Shown: positions 9,325-19,388, numbered from the stretch's first letter. The stretch is 64,000 bases of DNA from Candidatus Woesebacteria bacterium GW2011_GWB1_39_12 (GCA_000993405.1 LBWB01000004.1:4861-68860), one strand, 5' to 3'. Numbers and translations are program-made. Notes: generated by a model not told the origin, from the sequence alone.

Positions 9325-11025
9325 ATGCACCTGCCAATCGAGACAATCAAAAAAATAATTGTAGGAAGCGGCTTCGTAAGCGAGGCGGATTTTGACGACG
9401 CGGCCAAGACCGCAAGCGAACTAAATAAAGATATAGTCGATATTTTAATCTTCAGAGGCGCAATTAACGAGGACACAATAGGAAAACTTATTGCTGAACA
9501 CTACGGTATCCCTTTTGCCAATATTCGACGTTTGGACATTCCTTCTGATGTTCTTTCCCTGATTCCCGAAAAAATGGCCAGAGTTTATAAAATTGTTCCT
9601 TTTGGCCAGGAAGGAAAAGTTCTTAAGGTCGCCATGGAGAATCCGGAAGATTTTGAAGCTCTGGAATTTGCAAAACGGCATACAGGATTAGAGATTGAAC
9701 AATATTTTGCAACTCGGGACGATTTGGTAAAGGGCTTAGGTCAATATAAAAAAGGAATAAAAGAGGATTTTGAGAAAATAATTTCCGAAAATATAAAGAA
9801 AATTGGGGCCCCTGAAGTGGGAAGCGAGGAAGAAGAGGATCTGGCTAAGCTTGCAGAAAAAGTGCCGATTATAAAAATTTTAGACACGATCTTTAGTTAC
9901 GCGATTAGCGAGAAAGCCTCAGATATTCATATAGAAAGACAAGAAGAAGAAGTTGTTATTCGTTTTAGAATTGATGGAGTTTTGAGAGATATTGTTAAGT
10001 TTCCGAAAGGTGTCGAAGCGGCGCTTGTTGCCAGAATAAAAATTCTGTCGAATCTGAAAATTGACGAGCACAGGGTTCCGCAGGACGGAAGATATAAATT
10101 TATTATTGATGAGGATGTCGTATCGCTTAGAATTTCAATTATTCCTGGGTTTTACGGCGAAAATGTTGTAATGAGACTTCTGCAAGAGACAAATAGACCC
10201 TCAAGCCTTGAGGAACTTGGTTTAGTAGGCCATAACCTTGAGATTATTAGAGCCAATATTACAAGGCCCCACGGTATGATTCTTGTGACCGGTCCAACGG
10301 GTTCGGGAAAAACGACGACGCTTTATTCAATACTAAACATATTGAACACAATTGAAGTAAAGATTTGTACAATAGAAGACCCAATAGAATATGCCATAGG
10401 CAGAGTTACACAGATTCAAGTAAATACAAAAACAGGAGTGGAATTTGCGACCGGACTTAGAGCTTTAATGCGTCATGACCCTGACATAATCATGGTTGGG
10501 GAGATTAGGGATAACGAAACCGCAGAAATCGCGATACATTCGGCATTGACAGGACATTTGGTTCTTTCTACTCTTCATACAAATACTGCAGCCGGTGCGA
10601 TTCCAAGATTTTTGGATATGGGTTCTGAAGATTTTCTTTTGGCCTCAACCTTAAATGTCGTTATTGCACAAAGGCTGGTAAGAAAAATTTGTTCCTCATG
10701 TATAGTCAAATATACCCCTGACGAGATGATACGGAAAAAACTTACAAAAGATTTAGGAAATAGTCTTGAAGGGCAGAAGTTTTACAAAGGTCAGGGTTGT
10801 GGTCAATGCAATCATAAAGGGTATGTCGGAAGAATAGGAATTTATGAGGCATTACCGGTTAACGAAAAAATAAGGAGTCTTATCACGCAAAGAGCAACCA
10901 GCGACGAGATTCAAAAACAGGCAATTGCCGAAGGAATGACGACGATGCTTCAAGACGGACTCGACAAAGTTTCGTCAGGATTAACAACGATCGAGGAAGT
11001 GATAAGAGTAGTCAGGGAGAACTGA
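9325..11025 (+). CDS. pilB: Type IV pilus assembly ATPase (PilB/GspE)
   Basis: ASDIHIE, GPTGSGKTTTLY, TIEDPIE, LMRHDPDIIMVGEIRD, Zn-binding CxxC pairs. Confidence 0.93.
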   Translation: MHLPIETIKKIIVGSGFVSEADFDDAAKTASELNKDIVDILIFRGAINEDTIGKLIAEHYGIPFANIRRLDIPSDVLSLIPEKMARVYKIVPFGQEGKVLKVAMENPEDFEALEFAKRHTGLEIEQYFATRDDLVKGLGQYKKGIKEDFEKIISENIKKIGAPEVGSEEEEDLAKLAEKVPIIKILDTIFSYAISEKASDIHIERQEEEVVIRFRIDGVLRDIVKFPKGVEAALVARIKILSNLKIDEHRVPQDGRYKFIIDEDVVSLRISIIPGFYGENVVMRLLQETNRPSSLEELGLVGHNLEIIRANITRPHGMILVTGPTGSGKTTTLYSILNILNTIEVKICTIEDPIEYAIGRVTQIQVNTKTGVEFATGLRALMRHDPDIIMVGEIRDNETAEIAIHSALTGHLVLSTLHTNTAAGAIPRFLDMGSEDFLLASTLNVVIAQRLVRKICSSCIVKYTPDEMIRKKLTKDLGNSLEGQKFYKGQGCGQCNHKGYVGRIGIYEALPVNEKIRSLITQRATSDEIQKQAIAEGMTTMLQDGLDKVSSGLTTIEEVIRVVREN

Positions 11026-11026
11026 T

Positions 11027-12238
11027 ATGCCTTTATATAAATACAAAGCAAAAGATAAGGAAGGAAAAATTATCGAAGACGTGGTTCAGGCGGGGAATAA
11101 AAAGGAGGCCGTATCTTTTTTACAATCAGATGAGTTTCAGATACTGACGATTAAGGCTTTAGAAAAAGGTGGATTTAATATTTTCGGAGGTGGGGTCTCG
11201 GTTTCAGAAAAGGCAGCTTTTTGCAGATTTCTTGCAACCATGTTGCGGGCCGGTCTGCCTTTGCCGGAAGCGCTTGACATAATTCGGCAAGAGACTCAAA
11301 GTAAGAAGCTCAAGGAAGTTCTTTTTGACACCTCTTTTCATATACGAAAGGGAGAGAGTATATCTTCTGTCCTTGCCAGATATAAGGAGGACTTTGACGC
11401 GGTATTTTTGACGATGGTAAAAGCGGGAGAAGAGTCGGGAACTTTGGAAAAATCATTTGACTATTTGGCAAAGCAACTTTTATCTTCTTATGAGTTATCT
11501 CAGAAAGTAAAAAGTTCCATGATGTATCCTTCGGTAATTATTGCGGCCATGGTTGCAAATGCAGGCATCATGCTTGGCTTTGTACTTCCAAAAATGAGTG
11601 ACGTATTTCTTTCTCTTAATGTCGAATTACCAGTGATTACAAGATTTGTGTTAAATCTTGGAAAAGGCGTAAGTGAGAATTTGGCACTTACTTTCGGGGC
11701 ATTCTTCAGTCTGATTTTTATTTTTATAATGCTGTTTCTTATTAAAAGAACGAGAACCGTAATTTTTTCTTTTATTGTAAAGCTACCCGTAATTTCCAAG
11801 GTCATGGATCAACTTGATACGGCCCGCTTTGCGAGAACTTTATCTACACTTCTTAAAAGCGGAGTTCCAATAATGGTTGCACTCGACGTTTCATCTGATG
11901 TTTTAAGACAACCTCATCTTAAAAAACAGGCAAAGGAATTTTCTGCCGGCGTTGCCAAAGGAGAAAGCTTGGCCGAAATTCTGACTAAGCATAAGAAATC
12001 TTTCCCTGTAACGATGGTTCAGACAATTCGCGCAGGCGAAAAAACAGGAAGTTTGGAGGTTGTTTTGGAAGAACTGGCATCCTTTTATGAAATGGAGGTT
12101 GATTATAGTTTAAAGCGCGCAACAGCTTTACTTGAACCTCTTTTGATGCTTATTATTGGAATTGCGGTAGGGGTAATGGTTGTTATTATGATTACGCCGA
12201 TTTACTCAGTAGTTTCGGGGTTAGATTCGGGATTATAA
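11027..12238 (+). CDS. pilC: Type IV pilus platform protein (PilC/GspF)
   Basis: AGEESGTL, MMYP, AGEKTGSL, LLEP duplicated T2SSF domains. Confidence 0.92.
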   Translation: MPLYKYKAKDKEGKIIEDVVQAGNKKEAVSFLQSDEFQILTIKALEKGGFNIFGGGVSVSEKAAFCRFLATMLRAGLPLPEALDIIRQETQSKKLKEVLFDTSFHIRKGESISSVLARYKEDFDAVFLTMVKAGEESGTLEKSFDYLAKQLLSSYELSQKVKSSMMYPSVIIAAMVANAGIMLGFVLPKMSDVFLSLNVELPVITRFVLNLGKGVSENLALTFGAFFSLIFIFIMLFLIKRTRTVIFSFIVKLPVISKVMDQLDTARFARTLSTLLKSGVPIMVALDVSSDVLRQPHLKKQAKEFSAGVAKGESLAEILTKHKKSFPVTMVQTIRAGEKTGSLEVVLEELASFYEMEVDYSLKRATALLEPLLMLIIGIAVGVMVVIMITPIYSVVSGLDSGL

Positions 12239-12243
12239 AGGTT

Positions 12244-12579
12244 ATGGCAAAGAACGAGAAAGGTGATGAAAAAAAAGTTGACGCTCCAATTTTATTTATT
12301 ATAATTTTATTTTTATTTTTTGTATCTTTTGGAATTTTAGTCTTCGGCTTTTTCAAACAAAGTAAAGTGTCAAAGGGTGGTAAAGATGCAGTAATTTTGG
12401 AAGAAGGGCAAAGAAAAGAAGACTCGTCATTAAGTGAGTACTTTAATGAGGAGTTTACAAAAAAGAATAATTTTGAAAACGGAGACTCTCGAGAGAGCGA
12501 TCCGTTTAGAGAAATCTGCGAAAAATCGCCTAATGAAGATTCCCCTGTTGTTACCTCGAATACAGTTTGTTTTTATTAA
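12244..12579 (+). CDS. Hypothetical single-TM protein
   Basis: N-terminal TM segment, directly after pilC. Confidence 0.55.
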   Translation: MAKNEKGDEKKVDAPILFIIILFLFFVSFGILVFGFFKQSKVSKGGKDAVILEEGQRKEDSSLSEYFNEEFTKKNNFENGDSRESDPFREICEKSPNEDSPVVTSNTVCFY

Positions 12580-12602
12580 AGCATTCAAGAAAACCGTGGA
12601 CT

Positions 12603-14006
12603 TTAATTTGATTTTACTTCTTTCCAGGAAAGGAATTGGTAAGCTCCATATGAAGGAAAGTAAGGTGGAGGGTCTCCAAAATTAGTTGGATCGTAGTCTA
12701 GGGTTGTTTTGACGAAACCCGAGGCAGGAGATCCCTGTCCACTACTAAAATTCCAATAAGATCTCTGATTACTGATGAGCGATCCGTAAAAATTAAACTC
12801 ATTCTTTTGTGAGTCTTGGCCCTGTCCTTGTTCTCTACAACCTTGTTTATTATAGTGGTGTCTTATCGTTCTTCCATTTTGAGCGAGGACTGCAGCGTGC
12901 AAGTCGAAGTATTCTGGAACGTCCCGAGTGAAGATTATGTCCTTTTCGGCCACCAGCCCTAATTTATGATTGCCGTCTTTAGCAAGATAGGTAAGATCCC
13001 CCATGATCCAAATATTGGCGTTAAATGTTCCAAGTGGGAATCGGGCTGCGGCGAGAGTTGTTTTTCCATTGACGATTCCTTCTACCCAAACCTGATCTTC
13101 AGCAAAGATGATGGGAGTTTCTGATAGAGCATATGTTCCCAAAGACACCTCTGATGTTATAACCTGCTGTAGGATTTCGCATCCATATTCGAGTGAGTAG
13201 CCGTTGATTGGCGATGTTCCGGTAACTCTATAGACGTCTACGTTTCCGTCGCTTGTATAGACAAGGTGATACCCTTGGGCACCTGACGGGCCAAGGTAAC
13301 CAGTAGGATTAGCCTGCGCCGCATCTCTCATAATGTTAAAATCGACTTTTATACTGTCAAAGTCTATTGGTACGGAAGGAAATGACCAAAGTTCGTCTAT
13401 TTCTCCGTTTCCCCAGACTCCAGGTTTTGTTTCGGGATTGGGAATACATCCTGATTCAACTCCACAAGTGTAGGTTTCTTTAGCGCTTTCAACAGTTGAA
13501 GAATTATGTCCATCCAACCTTATACCTCCATTTGAAAATACCGGTCCGTTGACAGTGATGTCGTCACCAAACCACATGTTCGAGTTGTGCAAAAATGCAT
13601 ATCGAGTTAGTACTACTTTTCCGTACTGGACTTCGATTGTTCTTTTAACTTTAGGGTATTGGTATAACCAGCCGGTTGACCTGATGGTAACAACTTGATG
13701 ACTTTCGGTGGGGGCTTCGATTTCTAATGCAAATTTACCTATAGCCTCACCCTGAGGATCGTTATATTCATGTTCATAAGGTTGTAAGTCTGGATTATTT
13801 GTTCCGTCTGTATAGTCATCTGGATCAATATCAAGGTGCCAGTGATAGTAGTTGATTCCGGCTTCGGCGATATTAAGAGCCCTTTCATTGGCAATTTGCC
13901 TTTGAGCGAAGTCGAACTGTAAAGAAAGTATAAATAAAAGTCCATAAATGATAATAATAAAAGCAGAAGCGATTACAAGTAGAGCCGGGGTAATAGTTCC
14001 TTTCAT
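12603..14006 (-). CDS. PilX-like minor pilin / pilus-associated protein
   Basis: KG-TITPALLV N-terminus, ALNIAEAGI motif, PPPYFP near the C-terminus. Confidence 0.75.
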   Translation of the reverse strand: MKGTITPALLVIASAFIIIIYGLLFILSLQFDFAQRQIANERALNIAEAGINYYHWHLDIDPDDYTDGTNNPDLQPYEHEYNDPQGEAIGKFALEIEAPTESHQVVTIRSTGWLYQYPKVKRTIEVQYGKVVLTRYAFLHNSNMWFGDDITVNGPVFSNGGIRLDGHNSSTVESAKETYTCGVESGCIPNPETKPGVWGNGEIDELWSFPSVPIDFDSIKVDFNIMRDAAQANPTGYLGPSGAQGYHLVYTSDGNVDVYRVTGTSPINGYSLEYGCEILQQVITSEVSLGTYALSETPIIFAEDQVWVEGIVNGKTTLAAARFPLGTFNANIWIMGDLTYLAKDGNHKLGLVAEKDIIFTRDVPEYFDLHAAVLAQNGRTIRHHYNKQGCREQGQGQDSQKNEFNFYGSLISNQRSYWNFSSGQGSPASGFVKTTLDYDPTNFGDPPPYFPSYGAYQFLSWKEVKSN

Positions 14007-14007
14007 G

Positions 14008-14649
14008 TCAGTTAAGCATTCTCAGTCTAACATCAGATTCCAATCTAAAGTCAAATTCGGGACTGTCAGCTTTGGGATTTGTTATTAAAATGATTTTTAT
14101 TTGTCTGGTGTCGGAGATGCGCAGATTTGAAGGAAGAGGGTTATTTGTTGTATCCGTTGGCCAGTCTGAATTGTAATAATAAAAGACCGGATTTGACGCA
14201 TTTCTTACAATGTCTGTTACTATTTTAGTTTTTTCAGTATCCGCAGGATAAGTAGCTGGTTCTCCAACCGGCTCGATGACGCCTTTTGTGAGTTCTGTTC
14301 CCGACAGGGTGTATCTTACTCTTTCAATTTCTTCGTCGTAATCTATGTCCGAGTAAAAGACTATTTCTTGGTCGTTGGGAACTTCCAAAGGGTATCCTCC
14401 GGTTCCACTTTGACGGGCGTCTCTTAATTCGCGGCTTAAGTTTGAAAGACTTAAGTTTGCGGCCTCTATTGCCAAATAATTTCGCCATGCAGTTACCTGA
14501 TTTTGACTTATTATAAATTGTAATCCCAAAAATCCCGCGGCGAGAATTACCAAGATTGCTGCAGAAACAAGAACTTCTATTAATGTGAAACCCCCCTCGC
14601 GTTGCGAGGAATTTCCAATTTCCAATTTCCAATTTCCAATTTCTTTCAT
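14008..14649 (-). CDS. Prepilin-type N-terminal cleavage/methylation protein (PilW-like)
   Basis: GFTLIEVLV motif, LSRELRDA. Confidence 0.85.
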   Translation of the reverse strand: MKEIGNWKLEIGNSSQREGGFTLIEVLVSAAILVILAAGFLGLQFIISQNQVTAWRNYLAIEAANLSLSNLSRELRDARQSGTGGYPLEVPNDQEIVFYSDIDYDEEIERVRYTLSGTELTKGVIEPVGEPATYPADTEKTKIVTDIVRNASNPVFYYYNSDWPTDTTNNPLPSNLRISDTRQIKIILITNPKADSPEFDFRLESDVRLRMLN

Positions 14650-15971
14650 TCTGGTGTGAGTATTACGTCAGCTTTTGTATATCCAGATATATCAAAACTT
14701 GAGTTGTAGTCCAAAAATCCTGCCGCCGTGGCAGTAAGGTTATATGTATCCTGAGAAAGAGAAAAAAGAACCTGTCCAAAATCTGGATTTCCAGATTCCC
14801 CAGTTGTCTTTATTTGGTCAAATCCACCCGGTCCGGTCAAATGCGCTGACGCTGAAGCAATCAAAGTTTGTGAGGGATTTTTGACTGTTAGGAAAAAGCT
14901 ATTATCTGTGTGCGAGGTAACCGAGAAAGTGAAATCTAAACTTGACCCCGGAGAAAGATTTAGAGGCAAGACTGGGGATGTTCCTGAAATATCGTAGGAT
15001 GTAACTGCTGGCATAAGGACTTGATATACGTCCCACTCCATGTTCGTGAGAGATTTATTACCAGAAGCATCGCTTACTAAAATCTGATCATATTTATACA
15101 CGGGTTGCGCCAGCGTATCAGTGCCGATTATTTTATTACCTCTTAAACGAAAAGTAACATTACCGAGGGAGGCAAAGTTATTTTCTCTTGAGTCGCGTGA
15201 GGTAATATTTAAAGTTGTCTCTCTATCGATAGCAAAGCTTACCTGAGTGACATTGTCTTGAAATACACTTACGTGTGGTTTTAGTGGGTTTGCGACTTCG
15301 CCTGTCGAATAGGTTCTATCGGTTGAGTAGTCTTCCTTGGTGACGGTAATCTGATAGCATTCGATACAGGGTGTCGCACCAGGACGAACAACCCTACCGT
15401 CAGAGTTGGTTAATACCGTTAAATTGACTGGTGGGTCAATTCCGTTGGCCACAATTGTAACTTCGGCTTGCGGAACCGGGTCACCGCTTGCGTCGAAAAC
15501 CTGAATGACAAGACCTCCTCCTTCAACGTCTACCAATGTTCCTATCGCAACATCACTAATAAGGATAATTGGATTTTTTCTCGAAGCGGCTAAGCCTTCC
15601 CACGAGGCCTCAATTCTTACCCTTTTATAGTCGGTATCAGCTCCAGCCCCATTGAAAGGATCATCAACATAAGATATATCGGTTTTAACTGTATAATTTA
15701 AGTCGTTTCTACGCACAATTTCTTCTTGTTCGATTATGCCATCAGGAATGCCGCCAACCGTTCCGACGTCTTCATAAGCTAGATTTCTGATAAGTTCCAT
15801 TTTCTCCTGAGCCAAATGTCGGGCAGTTATTCTTGTTTTATTGAGAGAGACCAAATCAAAAGAAGCTGCAATCAGTGTAAAAAGTGCATTAACCAATATA
15901 GAAAAAACGGCAATTGCAATAAGAATTGACAGGAGAATTTGTCCTTGGTTAGGATGGTTTTTGGGCAGCAT
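14646..15971 (-). CDS. Minor pilin-like protein with carboxypeptidase-regulatory-like beta domains
   Basis: GQILLSILIAIAV pilin-like N-terminus, LAQEKMELIRNL, GDPVPQAEVTI / TNSDG repeats. Confidence 0.7.
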   Translation of the reverse strand: MLPKNHPNQGQILLSILIAIAVFSILVNALFTLIAASFDLVSLNKTRITARHLAQEKMELIRNLAYEDVGTVGGIPDGIIEQEEIVRRNDLNYTVKTDISYVDDPFNGAGADTDYKRVRIEASWEGLAASRKNPIILISDVAIGTLVDVEGGGLVIQVFDASGDPVPQAEVTIVANGIDPPVNLTVLTNSDGRVVRPGATPCIECYQITVTKEDYSTDRTYSTGEVANPLKPHVSVFQDNVTQVSFAIDRETTLNITSRDSRENNFASLGNVTFRLRGNKIIGTDTLAQPVYKYDQILVSDASGNKSLTNMEWDVYQVLMPAVTSYDISGTSPVLPLNLSPGSSLDFTFSVTSHTDNSFFLTVKNPSQTLIASASAHLTGPGGFDQIKTTGESGNPDFGQVLFSLSQDTYNLTATAAGFLDYNSSFDISGYTKADVILTPE

Positions 15972-16050
15972 GGATTACTTTCAGGATGAGAAAAGAAAAT
16001 TCTTTCTCGATTGATATTAAGTATAGCATCTGTAATAATCAATGTAGAAG

Positions 16051-16187
16051 AAATCCTAAATCCTAAATTCGAAACAAATTCAAAATACTAAATTCAAATA
16101 ATCAAAACTTTTATTGGTCTTGTTTTAGATTTGGAACCTTTGATATTAGATATTGTTTCGGATTTCGTGCTTAGAGTTTAGAATTTC
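16051..16187. repeat. Heptamer-built long imperfect palindrome
   Basis: aaatcct aaatcct aaattcg aaacaa ... ttgtttcggatttcgtgcttagagtttagaattt. Confidence 0.7.
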
Positions 16188-16210
16188 CCTGCAGAGCAGG
16201 GACCTGCCCT

Positions 16211-17188
16211 ATGTTCGGAAAGTCATTCGTATCAATATATTTTTTGCCTAATAAACTTTTAGTAATCGAAGTTTCTTCAAACAGGAAGAAAGTCGTTAGA
16301 CATGCATCTGTAGATTTGCCAGACGGTTTAATTGAAAATTACAAAGTTATCGATCCTGTAAATTTGGCTAAGATTTTAAAAAGTGTCTGGAACAAATTTC
16401 ACTTCAATGAAAAAACGGTTGGACTAATCTTGCCTGAGTTTTCCATTTTTACGAAGTTATTGAAAATTCCCCGTCTTGCGATGTCGGAATTAAATGAGGC
16501 GGTTAATTGGCAGGCGCAAGAGTATTTACCTACACAAATAAGTCAACTCATTACTGACTGGAAAATCGTCGATAGGTCGAGTGGTGGTTTTGATATTTTG
16601 TTGGTGGCAGTAAATAAGGATCTTCTGATGGGATATGTGGAAGGGGTAGAGAAAGCCGGACTTTTTCCTTTGATGGTAGAAATCCCTTCGGTTGGTCTGG
16701 TTAGGCTTTTACAAAAAGGCGATATGGCAAATTTGATAATTTGTAAAAACTTTGGCGAGACGATCCTTATAATTTCTCAAAATGAAAAGATCATAGGCAC
16801 CTCGGTTATTCACAGTCAAAGTCCAGATGAATTAGTAAAAACAGCATTACGAATGATCAATCACTACAAAGAAACCAAAGTCGACAAAATATTATTTGGT
16901 GGACTTGAAATAAACGAGGAAATTACCCAGAAAGTTACCAATGCTATTAAGTTACCAATAGAGAGGCTAAAATTTAGCATTAAGAATCTTGATGAAAATA
17001 AGATTCAAGAATACCTTATTCCTTTGTCGATGTCGGGAACAGAGGTTTCTGAACCCTCAGATCCATCATCGCTTAATTTACTGCCTTTATACCTTGTCGA
17101 AAAGTACAAGAAAGAAAGATTAAAGCTTCAAGTTTGGAGTCTAACATTGACGATAACTTTATTTGTTTGGATTTCCTTTTTGGTATAA
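16211..17188 (+). CDS. pilM: PilM-like pilus assembly protein (likely N-part of a split PilM-PilN fusion)
   Basis: WQAQEYLP, ILLVAV, AGL.P..VE motifs; ends with PilN-type LNLLP and a truncated TM. Confidence 0.75.
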   Translation: MFGKSFVSIYFLPNKLLVIEVSSNRKKVVRHASVDLPDGLIENYKVIDPVNLAKILKSVWNKFHFNEKTVGLILPEFSIFTKLLKIPRLAMSELNEAVNWQAQEYLPTQISQLITDWKIVDRSSGGFDILLVAVNKDLLMGYVEGVEKAGLFPLMVEIPSVGLVRLLQKGDMANLIICKNFGETILIISQNEKIIGTSVIHSQSPDELVKTALRMINHYKETKVDKILFGGLEINEEITQKVTNAIKLPIERLKFSIKNLDENKIQEYLIPLSMSGTEVSEPSDPSSLNLLPLYLVEKYKKERLKLQVWSLTLTITLFVWISFLV

Positions 17189-17558
17189 AGCCGAAAGTTT
17201 AAAAAATCAAAAAGTTACACAACAAGGGCAAGAAGCACTAAAGGATGTGACTTTAATAAATACAATTTCTGACAAAATTCTTAAAATCAAAAAGGAGTTT
17301 ACCTTGACACAGGAAATTTTAAATAAAATTCAAAGGGCAAGAGTGACGGGAATAATTCTCAATAGTTATGATCTAGATTTAGATAGGGGACTTGTTAGAT
17401 TGTCGGGTGTTTCATCTGACAGAAATACTTTGGTAGAGTTTAAAAGAAACCTGGAATCAAATGATGACTTTTCCGAAGTAGCCATACCGATATCCAATTT
17501 TGAGGAAGAATTCAATTTGGAATTTGAAATAACCTTTTCATATAAGGGCAGTAAATAA
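17163..17558 (+). CDS. PilN-like domain, in a different frame from the upstream PilM part
   Basis: LSGVSSDRNTLVEFKRNLE...FSEV PilN-like; no good start codon; overlaps the upstream ORF. Confidence 0.55.
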   Translation: MFGFPFWYKAESLKNQKVTQQGQEALKDVTLINTISDKILKIKKEFTLTQEILNKIQRARVTGIILNSYDLDLDRGLVRLSGVSSDRNTLVEFKRNLESNDDFSEVAIPISNFEEEFNLEFEITFSYKGSK

Positions 17559-17561
17559 CAT

Positions 17562-18347
17562 ATGGCATCAAAAGATAATCAAACAAAAAAGGCGGGCCCT
17601 CAAGAGCAAAATCTTGAAACCGGTAATGAAAATAAATACTTAACCGATATAAAGGAGCTGCCGCCCGAGAATAAAGAGGAAAAGAAGAATCCTCAAGTTC
17701 AACCACAAAAGGAGACGAAAAAGATAGCTCCCGAGGTAAAAGCTGCCTTAGTTCCGAAAGAGCCTGTGGAAAACGAAAGTATTTCTGAAGAAGAGGAAGT
17801 CGGTGGAACTAAAAACTTCCCGCTATCTGCTAAAGACGTTATTTTAGGAATAATAAATTTAGTTTCGATTATACTTCTTATTATTATTCTTGTCAGACTT
17901 CCAGAAAAAGCTAAGGAATTGAAAGACCTAAAGTCCGAGAAAATTTTAAGCGAAGCCAATATCTCGTATGAGTTTTTAGAAATAGAAGAGGCCAAGGAAA
18001 GGATAGTTACACTTGAGGCACTTTTTTTGGACGAACCGGGGGTTGTAAATTTTGTTAACGAAGTTGAAAAATTAAAAACTGAAGGAAGTGTAATTCAGAA
18101 AGTTACGTTCGTAAGCCAAAAGGTCGTGAAGGACAAAACCGGGAGCTACGGAATACCGATAGTGATTGAGCTTGTAGGCGGTTGGGAGGCAATTGCGGCA
18201 GATCTTGAAAAAATAGACTCCCTACCTTTTCTTTTTAGACCTATTAGAGTGGAAGCTGAAAAGTCACTCAAAGAGGAAGAAGCGGGTGTGATAGTATATA
18301 AATACGGAGTTTTCTTATATGTCAAAGATGAATTGGGAAAAGATTGA
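17562..18347 (+). CDS. PilO-like pilus assembly protein
   Basis: Position after pilM/N; single TM, coiled coil, ferredoxin-like C-terminus (LEKIDSLP). Confidence 0.55.
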   Translation: MASKDNQTKKAGPQEQNLETGNENKYLTDIKELPPENKEEKKNPQVQPQKETKKIAPEVKAALVPKEPVENESISEEEEVGGTKNFPLSAKDVILGIINLVSIILLIIILVRLPEKAKELKDLKSEKILSEANISYEFLEIEEAKERIVTLEALFLDEPGVVNFVNEVEKLKTEGSVIQKVTFVSQKVVKDKTGSYGIPIVIELVGGWEAIAADLEKIDSLPFLFRPIRVEAEKSLKEEEAGVIVYKYGVFLYVKDELGKD

Positions 18348-18555
18348 TAAATTTTATATAGTTTTTGTCGTCGTAATGATACTCTTGGCCGTTCTTGTTA
18401 TTATGTCTTTTCGTGGAGTCTTTAATGCCTACCTTATTGCTTTTGAGATAGACCAAAAGGGGGAAGATGAACTTATCATTAAGAAAGATAATTTGAATGA
18501 AGCTTATTCTTGGGCATTGGAAAAAAAGACTTTACCGCTGGAGGTAAGAGAATGA
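18319..18555 (+). CDS. Small single-TM protein in the pilus operon
   Basis: Overlaps both neighbours; N-terminal TM. Confidence 0.55.
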   Translation: MSKMNWEKIDKFYIVFVVVMILLAVLVIMSFRGVFNAYLIAFEIDQKGEDELIIKKDNLNEAYSWALEKKTLPLEVRE

Positions 18556-19064
18556 AAAAAATTGGAAATTGGAAATTGGAAATTGGAAATTTGCCGCGAA
18601 GCGTGCGGGGGTTTACTCTGATGGAACTTTTGGTTGTAATGGCTATAATAGGGATCTTGTCAACGGTAATCATAGTTGGGGTGAACCCAGGGAGACAATT
18701 AGCAAAAGCAAGAGATACAGAAAGAAATACTGACCTCGTAGCCATACTTTCTTCGATCCTGCAGTATTCTCAGGAACATAGCGGTGATCTTCCTGATACG
18801 GATGGGGATCCGGATACGAGTAATTTTCCCACGTCAGCAACCTGTATTGGGACGGGAGTTGGTTGTTTTGATTTAGCCGGAGCCGGAGAGACAGGAGATG
18901 AAATCGTGCCTGTATATATGGTTACAATGCCGACTGATCCTAAATTTGCGGATGGAACCGATCCACAAGCCGACACCGGCTACACAATTTATGTTGATAC
19001 CAACGGCCGCCTTCACACTTCAGCAACAGGAGAAATCGATACCCCAATAACTGTGGATAGGTAG
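18552..19064 (+). CDS. Type IV pilin
   Basis: GFTLMELLVVMAIIGIL, KARDTER, MPTDP; ATG at 18552. Confidence 0.9.
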   Translation: MKKIGNWKLEIGNLPRSVRGFTLMELLVVMAIIGILSTVIIVGVNPGRQLAKARDTERNTDLVAILSSILQYSQEHSGDLPDTDGDPDTSNFPTSATCIGTGVGCFDLAGAGETGDEIVPVYMVTMPTDPKFADGTDPQADTGYTIYVDTNGRLHTSATGEIDTPITVDR

Positions 19065-19310
19065 AACTTTTTTCCGGGACAAGTACAAGGAGGAAGGAAA
19101 TTATCTTAAAGGTAAAGAAATTGACAGAACTATTTGAGAAGATTGAGTTGGATGAGATAATTTCCGCAAGAGCTGGAATTCTAGTTCGCGATTTGGATAT
19201 GACCTGATTATATAATTGCTGCTACCGCCTTAGAGTTAGGTGCCTCTATCGTGACCCTCAACAAAAAACACTTCGAAAAGATTTCAGGAATTTCAATATA
19301 TCCACTTTGA
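19061..19310 (+). pseudogene. PIN-domain (VapC-like) remnant
   Basis: VELFSG...ISARAG...RD, a frameshift near 19203, then PDYIIAATALELGASIVTLNKKHFEKISGISIY*; N-terminus missing. Confidence 0.75.
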
Positions 19311-19388
19311 TGCCGACGAGCGTCTTCATTAATCGTACAAAAGTTGATTGTAGTACAAAAAAAAACGTATTATATAGTTATAATCAGC

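Noticed and set aside
19306-19332. Possible displaced pilin 3' fragment (DADERLH vs DTNGRLH)
   Set aside because: The match is about 20 nt with several mismatches and could be chance; not called without comparative data.
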